Assembly (NCBI GenBank): GCA_963707625.1
Contig: CAVPQV010000019.1
Coordinates: 115,415-179,414, forward strand
Direction: 5' to 3'
DNA length: 64,000 nt
From: an uncultured Gammaproteobacteria bacterium
GTDB lineage: Bacteria > Pseudomonadota > Gammaproteobacteria > Xanthomonadales > Xanthomonadaceae
A program made the translations under genes and the position numbers. Shown here one piece after another: positions 21,801 to 34,659 of the stretch (positions are counted from its first letter, which is position 1; every line of letters starts with the position of its first letter). The notes beneath the pieces are model-generated. The model was given only the letters and a program-made list of their open reading frames with translations, ran no database searches and was not told the origin of the DNA.

Positions 21801-24800
21801 CGCAGCGCCGGCGTTGGCGTACAGCACGCGAGCCGGCGAGGCGTTCGTACAGCTGCGCATCGGCCTGCGTCGCGTTGAGCTGGCGCAGCAACACCTGGCT
21901 GTGCGTCCACGCCAGGTCGAACACGCGGTCGGCCAGGTGGCGGTCGCGGTACTTGTCCGACCAGGCCGCAGGCACTCCTCGCGCGTTTCCGCCATGCCGG
22001 TGACGACGTCGATGATGGCGCTCTGGTCGGGCTCCAGGATGATCCGCAGCGGATCGCGACGACGGGATCGAGCACCGAGCCGGCGCTGTCGGACAGCCGG
22101 TCCGCGCGATCATCGCCGCCGGCCGCGACGGCTGCGGCCGCGCCCGATGAAGCGCGCGCGATCGGTTTCGTAGGAGACCGCACCGGATGTCGGCCTCGTG
22201 CACCGCCATCAGGTGGCACATCCACGGCGTCGAGCTCGCTCTCCGAGCGCGGCCGGCGCGTGCACAGGATCGCCTGCAGCTCGGGCACCAGCTCGGTCTG
22301 CACGAACAGCTTGCCGAAGGCCGGGTGCAGCGCGTCGGCCATCGGCCGGCGCCAGCACCACCTCGGCGTAGCTGGTCACTTCGATCGTGCGGCGCACGCG
22401 TGAACGATTGCGTGATGGTGGTGCGGCGCAGCTCGATGTCGTCTTCGGGCGAGACGACGATCTCGGCGTGCATCTCGATGTCCTGCTCGCGGCCGCGGAA
22501 CTCGGCGCGCGCGTCGGAGAAGATCGCCTCGTAACCGGCCGGCTTGCGCAGCGTGGGTTGGTACGCAGTCGACCAGAACTCGCCGCCGCTCGACGTCGCG
22601 CAGGTACAGGAAGCTGCCCCAGTGGTCGCTGGTGGCGTCCTCGCGCCAGCGGGTGACGGCGAGGTCGCGCCAGCGGCTGTAGCCGCCGCCGGCGCTGGTC
22701 AGCATCACGTGGTAGCGGCCGTTGGAAAGCAGCTGCACGGCCGGGCGCGCGGTGTCGGGATCGGTGAGCACGCGCAGCTCGCGTCTCGGCATTGCGCGCG
22801 CCGGCATCGAGCGCCGGCAACTCGGTCGCGTGCAGGTACTGCACCGCGGTGCGCGGCACGCGCTCCTGCAGCAGCAGCATGGTGGCCTGGAACTGCGGGT
22901 CGGACTCGAAGCGGCGCTGCATCGGCCGGTCCAGCAGCACATGCGCGCAGCGCCAGCAAGCTCATGCCCTGGTGGTGCGCCATGAATAACTGCACGATCA
23001 GTGCGCGCTCCTGGCCGCGCGGCAGCCGCGCCGGCGGTGTAGTCGATCGCCTCGTACAGCCCGAAATCGCCCTCCGCGCCCTCCTGCGACCAGCCGCTGC
23101 AGGTTCTGCGCCGCCGCCACCGGCGCCACCATCAGCGCCAGCGCGCTGGCGTAGGGCGCCACCACCAGGTCGTCGCCGACAGGCCGCGCTTGAGGCCGAG
23201 CCCGGGCACGCCGAAGGCGCGGTACTGGTAGTTGAGGTGCACGTCGACGATGTTGTAGCCGGATTCCGACACGCCCCAGGGCACGCCGCGCTCGGCTGCC
23301 GTAGTCAATCTGGCGCGCGACCGCGGCGCGCGCAGGTCTGGTCCAGCAGCGTGCCGGCGAAGCTCGGCATCACCAGCGTGGGCATCAGGTACTCGAACAT
23401 CGAGCCGCTCCAGGACAGCAGCACCGGCTCGCCGCTGCCGGTCACCGTCAGCAGGCGACCCAGCGCGAACCAGCCTTCCTGCGGCAACTGCCCCTGCGCG
23501 ATCGCGACGAAACTCGCCAGTCGCGCTTCGGACGCCAGCAGGTCGTAGAAGCTGGCGTCGAGGCGACGCTCGTCCACGTTGTAGCCGATCGCCAGCAGAT
23601 GCGCGCGAGCTGTCGTAGAGGAACTGGTACTGCATGCGCGCAAACTCGCCTGCCAGTTCCGCCTGCGCCTCGATCTCGGCCAGTCGGCTCCGCGCCAGCT
23701 CGCGCGCCGGCGCCACCGCCTCGCGCTGCGCCTCCGGCAGCGCCTCCAGGTCGGTCGCGGCCAGCACGCGCAGGTTCGCGGGCGCGACCTGCTCGCTGCC
23801 GGCATCGGGCCACAGCCAGGGGTGCAGCAGTTCCAGGTCCTCGAGCTGCGAATCGCATTGCCGCAACAGCGACTGCGCCCAGTCCTCGGCCTCGGCCTTG
23901 CCCGCGGCGCGCGCCGCAGCCAGCTGCTCCTCGGCCAGCATGCGCGTGCGCTGCAGCAGCGACTGCGCGTCGCTCCGCGCCGGCCGGGGCGGCGGCAAGC
24001 TGCTCGCGCAAGGCGAGGACGGTGGCGGGAAGCGCTTCGCCGAAGGCGGTCTGCGAGCACGGCCAGCGTATCGAGCAGGCCCTCGCCGATGCGCGCATGC
24101 AACAGCGGCGCGTCGGCGAGCGCGAGCAGCCCCGCGCGCAACATCAGCAGGTGGCCGGCGAGGTTGCCGCTGTCCACCGAGGAGACGTAGCGCGGCGGCA
24201 GCGGCTGCAGCGTCTGCGTGTCGTACCAGTTGTAGAAATGCCCGCGATGCCGCTCGAGCCTGGCCATGCGTCGCAGGGTGTTGCCGCCGCGCAGCAGCAA
24301 TTCGCCGGCGCCGATGTAGCCGAAGTCGTGCGCAGCCAGGTTGGCCAGCAGCGCCAGTCCGATGTTGGTCGGCGAGGTGCGGTGCGCGATGATCGGCGCC
24401 GGCACTTCCTGCAGGTTGTCCGGCGGCAGCCAGTTGTCCTGCTGCGCTGACGTGGCGCTCGAAGAAGCGCCAGGTCTTGCGCGCGCAACCTGCGCAGCTC
24501 TTGCTGCTGCTGGCCGGAAAGCGTGCCTTCCGCCGCGGCTACCGGCCGCCCCGAGGCCCAGGCGAGCGAGGGTGCAGCCAGCCAGAGCAGCAGCAGCGGC
24601 AAGGCTATCGGGCAGGACTTCCGGCCGCTGCCACGCGCAGCAGGGCCCCGGTGGCGAGTGCAAGCGCCGGCGCAATCGCCATGCGCCGCCAGCTCGAGGC
24701 ATGGTCGTCGCCACCGGCGCGCTCGACTTCGCCGGAGCTTTGCCATTCCAGCAGCCCGCGCCGCGTCACCGCCATCCGCCACAGCGTGCGCGCGATCGCA

Positions 24801-27556
24801 TCGCAGCGCCACCCAGGACTCGTGCGGCAGCCAGGACAGGAACAGCGCCGCGCGCGCGAGCTGGCGCGACACCGAATCGGCGACTGCACCCAGGTGTGCG
24901 CGCAAGCGCAGCTCGCCCGGCTTGCCGACCAGTTCCTGCAGCAGGGACAGCAGCACCGGCAGCAGCGGCACGGCCAGCAGCGCCAGCGTCCAGGCCAGCG
25001 GCGCGCGCATCGCCAGCCAGGCCGTCAGCAGCAGCCCCAGCAGCGCCGGCGCGACCAGGCTGCGGCGCAGGTTGTCGAAGATCTTCCAGGCCGAGAGCGC
25101 GCCGATCGGGTTGCGCCGCCAGCGTCCATCCTCTGCCCGCGCCCAGGGCAGCAGCCAGGGCAGCAACTGCCAGTCGCCGCGGATCCAGCGCTCGCGGCGG
25201 CTGGCATCGGCGCGGTAGGTGCTTGGATAGTCCTCGTACAGCTGAACGTCGCTGACCAGGCCCGAGCGTGCATGGCAACCCTCGACCAGGTCGTGGCTGA
25301 GGATCGCGGTTCTCCGGGAAACGGCCCGCGAGCGCGCGCTCGAAGGCATCCACGTCGTAGATGCCCTTGCCGATGAAGGAGCCTTCCTCGAAGACATCCT
25401 GGTACACGATCGGAAACCGCACGCGTGTAGGGATCGATGCCGGCGTCGCTGCCGAACAGGCGCGCGTAGCCCGAGCGCGGCCCGCTCGACAGGCTGATGC
25501 CCACGCGCGGCTGCAGGATGCCGTAGCCGCCGATCACCAGGCCGGTAGCCGGATCGCGGCGTGGCCGGTTGAGCGGATGCTCCATGGTGCCGACCAGCTC
25601 CGCGGCGGCGTCGCGCGGCAGCAGGGTGTCGGTGTCGAGGGTGATCACGTAGCGGACACCGGCGAGCACGCCGATGTCGCCAACCACGCGCGAGAAGCGC
25701 TCCCAGCCGGCGCCGCGCAGCAGCGCGTTCAACTCGCCGAGCTTGCCGCGCTTGCGTTCGTGGCCCATCCACTTGCGTTCGCGTTCGTTCCAGCGGCGCG
25801 GACGGTGGAACAGGAAGAAGCGGTCCTCGTCCTCGGCGGCGTAGCGGCGGTTGAGCTGCTCGATGCCGCGCCCGGCGCGCTCGAGCAGGGCCTCGTCGCC
25901 GGGCAGGTTCTCGTGCGCGGCGTCGTGGAAGTCGCCAAGCAGGCCGAAATACAGGTGCGCGTCGCGGTTGGCCAGGTAACGCACCTCGAGGCCTTCGACC
26001 AGCGCATCCACGCCGGCCTCGTCGCCCAGCAGCGTCGGCACCACCACCAGCGTGCGCGCCTGCACCGGGAGGCCCTTGCTCATGTCCAGGCGCGGCAGCA
26101 GGCCGGGTTGCACGAACCAGGTCGCAACCTGGTTGACCACTGACTGGGCGAGTTGGCTCGCCGCTACCAGCAGCGCGAACGCAAGCAGCGCCAGCGGCCA
26201 GGCCCCGAGGCCCTGGCCATGCGCCGCCGCGAGCAGCGGCCAGGCAAAGGCCAGGGTCAGCAACAATTTGGGCCCGAGGTACAGCGCCAGCGGATGCCGA
26301 GCCGCGGCCCGGCGCAGCCGCCGCAGCCAGGACACCCTGGCCTGCACCAGTTCTTCCAGGCCCTGCTGGCCGAGGTCCACGAGGTAATGACCGACATGGC
26401 GCAGGCGCACGTCGTCCTCGTCGCGCGGCGCCGCCCGCGCCAGCGCCACCGCCGCGCGCGCCACCTCCGGCTCGCTGCGTTCGCTGCGCCGCGCCAGCGA
26501 CTCCACCGCATGCCGGTAGCGATCGCGACTGCCGAAGTCCATGCGCGGGTACACGCCGGCCGGATCCATGCGCAGCGCCCGCTCGACCAGGCTCATGTCC
26601 TCGACGAACTCGCGCCAGTCGATCGCCGACAGTGCGCGCAGGCTTCCGATGCTGTTGCCGATCGAAACCTGGTCGGCAGCCTGCTGCTGCGCTTCCTGCT
26701 GCACCAGGTACTCGATGCTATGGCCGGACTCGGCCAGCCACTGCTCAATCCAGGCCAACGGCAGGGCCAGCGCCACGCTCTGGCCCTGCAGCTTGCGCGT
26801 GAACTCGGCCACGAAGGCCGTGCTCATCGGCGGCTCGGAGCGCGCCATGTCGGCCACTTCCAGCACCACGTTGCGCGGCTCGCGCTCGGCCATGTCCATC
26901 AGGCGCCCGGCCCAGTGCGCGGCCAGCGCGCGGTCCTGGCGCTCGGAGATCACCCGCGCGGCGACCCGCCGCAGGTTCTCGATCAGCGCCAGCCGCAGCA
27001 TGATCGGCACCGCCCACAACTCACCGAGCTTCAACGGCGACACCGACTGGTAGGCGGCGACGAAACGGTGCAGGCCTTCCGCGTCCACGCGGCCGTCGCC
27101 GTGGGCGATCGCCTCCAGCGCGATGTCGTAGACGCGCGGCAGGCCGGCCGAGGGGCCGCGCGCGAGCCGCGGCAGTTCGCGGCTGTAGCCGCGCGGAAGG
27201 TGCCGTTGCGCGATGCGCACCTGCTCCTCGACCAGGTAGAAGTTGTCGAGCAGCCATTCGCCCGCCGGCGAGATGCGCAAGCCTTCCGCGCTCGCCGTCG
27301 CCAGCTCCTGCGAGGCTTCGGCAAGCAGCGTCTCGTTGTCGGCAAGCCGCGCCAGCAGCAGCTCCGCGGCCGGCCGCTCGGGACCGAGGCGATGCGCCGC
27401 CGCCAGCGACTGCCCGTGCCGCTCCATCTGGTCGGCGCTGTACAGCGCCGCGCGCAGGGCCGGCTCGGTGACGATCGGGCGCGGGCGCAGGCTGCCGCGC
27501 AGGCGCAGCCACGCACGCACCCGCCCCAGGCTGGGCAGTTCGAATCTTCGGGTCAT
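18866..27556 (-). CDS. ndvB: Cyclic beta-1,2-glucan synthase (Cgs/NdvB/ChvB, GT84 + GH94), heavily frameshifted over 19200-25430
   Basis: [117 protein letters not shown]. Confidence 0.9.
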
Positions 27557-27632
27557 CCGGACAAGGATGAACGCTGAACGGGCAATGCGGATGAACCGCG
27601 ACGAACCGGCGCGTTCAACCGGCACTCAGGCG

Positions 27633-28536
27633 CTACTCCAGGTTGGAGATCCCGTGCGGCACGTGCCCGGTGGCCACGTGCAGCCGGGCATTGGAGATGT
27701 TGTGCTGGGAGTCGTCGAAGAAGATGTCGGCGCCGAAAGTGGCGAGGAACGGCCCCTTGTCGCGGCCGCCCAGGAACATCGCCTCGTCCAGGCGCACGCC
27801 CCATTCGCGCAGCGTCAGGATCACCCGCTTGTGCGCCGGCGCCGAGCGCGCGGTGACCAGCGCCGTGCGGATCGGCGAGTCCTCGAGCGGGGAAGGCGCC
27901 CTGCAGGCGGTGCAGCGCGGCCAGGAAGCCGCGGAAGGGGCCACCGCGAAGCGGCTCGTGAGCGCGCTCGCTCTCGTGCGCATGGAAGGCCGCAAGGCCG
28001 TCTCAGCTGCGACACGCGCTCGGATTCGTCGCCGAAGATCACCGCGTCGCCGTCGAAGGCGATGCGCAGTTGATCGTGCACCTGCGCGGCCGCCTTCGCC
28101 GGCAGGATGGTGGCGGCGGCGACGCCGCTCGCGCAGCGCCCGGCGCACCGAGTCGGGATTGGCGGACAGGAACAGCTGCGCGCCGAAAGGCTGGATGTAG
28201 GGCGTGGTCGGCTCGCCGCAGGTGAAGACGGCGCGCGCGATCTGCAGCCCGTAGTGCTCGATCGAATTGAAGATGCGCAGGCCGGTGTCGGAGGAATTGC
28301 GCGACAGCAGCACCACCTCGACCCGCGGCGCGTCCGCCGGTGCACCTGCGTTGAGCGCCAGCAGCTTGCTGCACCAGCGGAAAGGCGATGCCCGGCTCGA
28401 GCACCTCGTCCTCGTGCGTGCGCTGGAGCCGCGCGTAGGCCTCCAGGCCCTCGTCCTCGAACAGGGCGTGGCCTCTCTCGAGGTCGAACAGCGCGCGCGC
28501 GGTGATGGCGACGACCAGGCCGGTCGGAACGCTCAC
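27633..28536 (-). CDS. 5'-nucleotidase (cN-I type), apparent frameshifts
   Basis: VVAITARALFDL, LLSRNS, LRIAFDGDAVIF, VTARSAPAH, DIFFDD. Confidence 0.9.
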
Positions 28537-28555
28537 GCCTCGGCCGCCGGCACGC

Positions 28556-29332
28556 TCACGTCACGAACTGTTCGTTGAGGATGCGTTCCTCGAGGTTGTG
28601 CTCGGGATCGAACAGCAGCGTCACCGTGCGGTCACGCGACTCGCGCACGCGCACTTCGACCACGTTGCGCACCTCGTGCGAATCGGCGGTGGCGCTGACC
28701 GGGCGCTTGTAGGGATCCAGCACTTCCAGCTTCACCTCGGTGTCGGCGCGCAGGATCGCGCCGCGCCAGCGGCGCGGGCGGAAGGCCGCGATCGGGGTCA
28801 GCGCGATCACCGCCGAACCCAGCGGCAGGATCGGTCCGTGGGCGGAGAAGTTGTAGGCGGTACTGCCGGCCGGCGTGGCCACCAGCGCGCCGTCGCAGAC
28901 CAACTCGTCAAGGCGCGCCTTCCCGTTGAGGTAGATGCGCAGGTGCGCCGTCTGCCGCGTCTGCCGCAGCAGCGACACCTCGTTGTAGGCCAGCGCATCG
29001 AAGCTGGTCCCCGCCTCGGTCATCGCCCGCATCTCCAGCGGCCGCAGCACCGCCGGCTCGGCGGCGTGCAGCCGGCGCAGCAGCATGTCGCCGTGGTAGT
29101 GGTTCAACAGGAAACCGACGCTGCCCAGCTTCATGCCGTACACCGGCAGGCCATGGCCGCCGTGCTGGTGCAAGGTCTGCAGCATGAAGCCGTCGCCGCC
29201 CAGGGCGCAGATCACGTCCGCCTCGGCGACCTCGTGCTGGCGGTGCGTGGCTGCCAGCGCGGCCAGCACCGCCAGCGCTTCCGGCGTGCCGCTGGACACG
29301 AACGCGATCCTCGGGTCCTGGGGGAGGTTCAT
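28556..29332 (-). CDS. nadK: NAD kinase
   Basis: [34 protein letters not shown]. Confidence 0.95.
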   Translation of the reverse strand: MNLPQDPRIAFVSSGTPEALAVLAALAATHRQHEVAEADVICALGGDGFMLQTLHQHGGHGLPVYGMKLGSVGFLLNHYHGDMLLRRLHAAEPAVLRPLEMRAMTEAGTSFDALAYNEVSLLRQTRQTAHLRIYLNGKARLDELVCDGALVATPAGSTAYNFSAHGPILPLGSAVIALTPIAAFRPRRWRGAILRADTEVKLEVLDPYKRPVSATADSHEVRNVVEVRVRESRDRTVTLLFDPEHNLEERILNEQFVT

Positions 29333-29345
29333 GGTGTGAGATTAA

Positions 29346-29647
29346 CCCAACTCTTGCGCCGCTGGCCCCGGCAGGCATGCCAGTTTCTCGCTACGCATTC
29401 GCTAGGCGCGCGAAACAGGCATGCCCGCCGAGGCCATCGCCTCGGAGTGCGCCCTCTCCGCCCCTATTGGTTGGGAAAAGCTCGAGGCTCTCGCGACCCC
29501 GCTACGTAGCGAAGTTCCGCCGCACACGGGCCAGCTGGCGCTGCGAGCGAAGCGAGGCAGCCAAGCGAGGGCCGCAGGGCGTGGGTTATTTTTTGGCGCG
29601 CCGCTTCTCCCGCGCCAAAAAAGAACACACGCCCGAAAGGCCCTCGC
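29346..29647. repeat. Composite palindromic intergenic element (REP/MITE-like)
   Basis: Long imperfect hairpins at 29363-29436 and 29565-29647 (core ttttttggcgcg...cgcgccaaaaaa), plus a GCGAGCGAAGCGAG motif. Confidence 0.6.
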
Positions 29648-29653
29648 AACGCG

Positions 29654-32600
29654 CTAGTGAATCCTCGCTCCCGCAGCAGCAATCTGCGCGAGACGACGGA
29701 CAGCAACGGAAAGGGTCGCGAAATCCATCGAGCGCAGGTTGCGCATGTCGGCGAACATGTTCAGCGTGTACTTCAGCCCGGCATCGTCACGTCCCAGCCA
29801 CTGCCGCACCAGCGCCTCGGGCTTGTCGCCCTTGCCTCCCGCGGCCAGCACGTTGCCGACCAGAGCGCGCTGCTGCGCCTGCAACTCGTCGCGCAGCACG
29901 CCACGGGCCTGCGCATGCCAGCGCCCGTCGACCGACAGCTTCTCGACGCTGTCCATCAGCCACTTGCTGTGCAGGGCCTCGGACAGCGCGAAGTACACCG
30001 TCGCCACGTCCGCCACCGGCAGGCCGCGCTCGAGCGCGACTTCGACGATGTCGAAGCCGTAGCTCAACCACGGCAAGCAGGCCAGGCCGAGCGCGAGCTC
30101 GTCCGGGAAGCCCAGCTTCTTCCAGTTGCCAAGGTCCGCCTGCAGTTGTGCGCGCCCGGGCCCGGGCAGGATGCCCGGCAGCACGTCGCGCAATTTCCGC
30201 ATCGGCGCCGCGTAGCGCTCGACCATGGTGGCGATCACCAGCTGCTCGCCCGGACGGTTGAGCAGCCAGCGGGTCATGTTGCGCTGCAGGTGCCAGAGCG
30301 CGGTCAGCGCCGACAGCTGCGCGCGCTCGGACACCGCCAGGTCGAGCTCGTCGATCCCGGTCCAGACGTCGCGCGCGTCCAGCACTTCGCGGCTGATGGT
30401 GTAGGCCTTGGCGATCTGCGCCGGCGTCTCGCCGGTGTCCTCCTGCATGCGCAGCAGGAAGGTCGAGCCCATGCGGTTGACCATGGAGTTGGTGACCGCG
30501 GTGGCGATGATCTCGCGGCGCAGGCGGTGCTGCTCCATGTCCGTGGCGTAACGCTCCTGCAGCGCGGTCGGGAAGTAGCGCACCAGTTCCTTCGACAGGT
30601 GCGGGTCTTCGGGCACGTCCGAGTCCAGCAGCTGGTTGAAGATCACGATCTTGTCGTAGGACAGCAGCACCGACAGCTCCGGCCGGGTCAGGCCGGCGCC
30701 GCGCGACTTGCGCTCGGCCAGCTCGGCGTCGCTGGGCAGGAACTCGATCGCGCGGTCGAGCAGGCCCTGCGCCTCGAGGGTGCGGATGAAATGGCCGAAG
30801 GAGCCCAGGCGCGAGGCGCTCATGCGATTCCATCAGGCTGATCGCCTGGTTCTGCCGGTAGTTGTCGTTCAGCACCAGTTCGCCGACCTCGTCGGTCATG
30901 CTCGCCAGCAGCGTGTTGCGCTGCTCCATGGTCAGCTCGCCGCGCTTGACCGGCGCACCCAGCAGGATCTTGATGTTGACCTCGTGGTCGGAGGTGTCCA
31001 CGCCGGCGGAGTTGTCGATGAAGTCGGTGTTGAGCAGCACGCCGTGCTGTGCCGCCTCGATGCGGCCCTTCTGGGTCATGCCCAGGTTGCCGCCCTCGCC
31101 CACCATCTTGCAGCGCAGCTCGTGGCCGTTCACGCGCAGGCCGTTGTTGGCGCGGTCGCCGACCTCGGCATGGCTCTCGGAGGCGGCCTTGACGTAGGTG
31201 CCGATGCCGCCGTTCCACAGCAGGTCCACCGGCGCCTTGAGGATCGCGTTCATCAGCTCGTTCGGCGACAGTTGCTCGGCGTCGCCGTCGATGCCCAGCG
31301 CCGCGCGCACCTGCGCCGATACCGGGATCGATTTGGCCGCGCGCGGGTACACGCCGCCGCCCTCGCTGATCAGCGCCTTGTCGTAGTCCTCCCAGCTCGA
31401 GCGCGGCAGCGCGAACAGGCGCTGGCGTTCGGCATAGGAACGCGCCGTATCCGGGTTCGGGATCCAGGAAGATGTGCCGGTGGTCGAAGGCGGCCAGCAG
31501 ACGGATGTGCTCCGAAAGCAGCATGCCGTTGCCGAACACGTCGCCGGACATGTCGCCGATGCCGACCGTGGTGAAGTCCTGCGACTGCGAATCGCGGCCG
31601 AGCGCGCGGAAGTGGCGCTTCACCGATTCCCAGGCGCCTTTGGCGGTGATGCCCATGCCCTTGTGGTCGTAGCCGACCGAGCCGCCGGAGGCGAAGGCGT
31701 CGCCGAGCCAGAAGCCGTGCTCGGCGCTGATGCCGTTGGCGATGTCGGAGAAGGTCGCGGTGCCCTTGTCGGCGGCGACCACCAGGTAGGGGTCGTCGCC
31801 GTCGTGGCGCACCACGTCCACGCGGGTGCACGACCTTGCCGTCCACCAGGTTGTCGGTGATGTCGAGCAGGCCGTTGATGAAGCGCTTGTAGCAGGCCAC
31901 GCCCTCGGCGAACACGGCGTCGCGGTCGCCACCGGCGGGCGGGCGCTTGACGAAGAAGCCGCCCTTGGAGCCGACCGGCACGATCACGGTGTTCTTGACC
32001 ATCTGCGCCTTCACCAGGCCCAGCACCTCGGTGCGGAAATCCTCGCGCCGGTCGGACCAGCGCAGGCCGCCGCGCGCTACCGGGCCGAAGCGCAGGTGCA
32101 CGCCCTCGACGCACGGCGAGTACACGAAGATCTCGCGATAGGGGCGCGGCTTGGGCAGGTCGGGCACCAGCGCGGGGTCGAACTTGAAGCTGATGTAGTC
32201 CTTGTGCGTGCCGCCGGCGCCCTTCTTCTGGAAGTAGGTGGTGCGCAGGGTGGCGTTGATGACGGCTTCGAAGGCGCGCAGGATGCGGTCCTCGTCCAGG
32301 CTCTGCACCTTTTCCATGGTGATCGCCAGCGCATCGCCGCAGGCGTCGATCTGCGCCTCGCGGTCGAGCGCGCGATCGGCGCCCATTTCCTCGAGGATGG
32401 TGCCGAGGGCCTGGCGATCGGGAATCGGCACGATCGCGGTCAGGTCCTGGCGCAGCGCTTCGCAGGTGCGCGCGTCGGCCTTGATTTCGCGACCAGGCTC
32501 GAAGCGCGCCTCGAACAGCTCGACCAGCAGCCTGGCCACCAATGGATAGCGTGAAAGGGTTTCCTCCATGTAGGCCTGCGAGAAGGTCACGCCGGTCTGT

Positions 32601-34579
32601 AGCAGGAACTTGCAGTAACCACGCAGCATCGCGACCTGGCGCCAGTCCAGCCCCGCGGCCAGCACCAGCCGGTTGAAGCCGTCGTTCTCCGCGTCACCAC
32701 GCCAGACTGCTGCGAAGGCGTCCTCGAATCGCACGCGCGCGGTCTCGACCTCGACCAGCGCGGACAGCGGCTCGACCTCGAAGTCCTGGATCACCACGCG
32801 GCCGTCGTCGAGCTCGATCTCGTAGGGATGCTCGCTGTTGATGCGCAGGCCGAGGTTCTCCAGCATCGGCAATGCGTCCGACAGCGCGATCTCCTTGCCC
32901 GGCCGCATCAGCTTGAAGCGCATGCCGTCATCCGCGCGATACAGCGAGCGGTGCAGGTCACCCTCACTCGTCAGCGTGGCGGCAACACCGATGTCGATGG
33001 CCGCCTCGTCGGGCGAGCTCGACTCGACGTAGCCTGCCGGCAGCGCCTTGCCGTAGCGGTTGGCCATGCGGATGCCCTGCTCTTCGCCATGCATCTGCAC
33101 GAGCTTGTCGCGCAGCTGGTCCTGCCAGTTGCGCACGATGTGCACCAGCTCGGCCTCGAGCTGCGCCACGTCCACGGAAACGCTTTCGCCGGCGCGCGGA
33201 CGCACCAGCAGGTGCAGCTGTGCCAGCGGGCTCTCTCCGATCTGCACGGAGGTATCGAGGCGATCGCCCTTGAGCTCGCGCATCAGCATCGCCTCGATGC
33301 GCTCGCGCACCTCCGTGCTGAAACGGTCGCGCGGGATGTAGGCCAGCGCGGACCAGAAGCGGCCGTGCCGGTCCTTGCGCAGGAACAAACGCGTGCGTGC
33401 GCGCTCCTGCAGGCCGAGGATGCCCATCGCGGTCGTGGCAAGTTCGTCGGCGCCGGACTGGAACAGCTCGTCGCGCGGCAGCGTCTCCAGGATATGGCGC
33501 AGGGCCTTGCCACTGTGGCTGGCCTCGCCGAGGCCGGAGGCGGCCATCACCTCGGCATGGCGCCGGCGCACCAGCGGGATTTCCCAGGGCCGCCGGTTGT
33601 AGGCGCTGGAGGTGTACAGACCGAGGAAGCGCTGCTCGGCGACGGCGTTGCCGGCGGCATCGAAGCACAGCACGCCGATGTAATCCATGTAACCGGGCCG
33701 GTGCACGGTGGAACGCGAGTTGGTCTTGGTCAGGATCAATGGGTCGATGCTGACGCCCGGCGTGAGCCCGGCGCCGGCCAGGCCGGTCAACGGGCGCGGC
33801 TTGAGCTCGCCGTCGGCGCGCATGATGCCCAGCCCCGTGCCCGGCTTGGCGGCGAGCACGCGCTGGCCCTCGCGCTCTGTGACCTCGTACTCGCGGTAGC
33901 CGAGGAAGGTGAAATGGTTGTCCGCGGCCCAGCGCAGGAATTCCTGCGCCTCGGCGCGCATGGCGTCGCTGGCGGGCATGCGCCGCGACCCCAGTTCGTC
34001 GGCGACCGCTTCCATCCTGCCGCGCATCGCTTGCCAGTCGCCATAGGCCGCGCGCACATCGTCGATCGCGCGGTCGATGCCATCCTGCAGCGCCTGCAGT
34101 TCGGGGTCGCCGCCCAGCCGGTCCACGTCCACGTGGATCAGCGACTCGGCATGGCCTGCGCCGACCGATTGCAGCATGCCCGCTGCGTCGCGCGTCACCT
34201 GGAAGACGGGGTGCACGATGCCGTGCGTGGCCAGTCCCTGCGCAGCCAGCGCCATGCCCACCGAGTCCACCAGGAAGGACATGTCGTCGTTGACCATCTG
34301 CACGACCGTCGCGCCGGCACCGAAGCCGGCATCCGCCGCCGGGTTGAACACGCGCACGCGTGCACGGCCGGGCGTGCGCTGCATCGAGAACTCGAGGTTG
34401 GAGCGCAGGATCGCTGCCCACTCCGCCGCGCTGCGCGTGTCCAGCTCGTCGGCCGGCACGCGCGCGAAGAAGGCGCGGGCGAAGTCCATGGCGAGCGCGC
34501 GCCCGTCGGCGGGCGCCTGCTGCTGCAGCTCGGCGAGGATCGAATCCAGGGTGACCAGGGGGACGGCTTGGGCGCTCAT
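29654..34579 (-). CDS. gdhB: Large NAD-specific glutamate dehydrogenase (apparent frameshifts near 30830, 31460, 31820)
   Basis: [74 protein letters not shown]. Confidence 0.95.
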
Positions 34580-34659
34580 TCGACGCAGTCTCGGAAAAGG
34601 GCGTGAGAAAGCGCGAATTGTAGCCCGCGGGGGCACCGGAGGGCGACTTCGGCGGGGCG

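Noticed and set aside
27568-27606. Repeated (T/C)GAAC motifs upstream of cgs as a response-regulator box
   Set aside because: Spacings of 7, 17 and 10 bp are irregular and the motif is too short to support a call.
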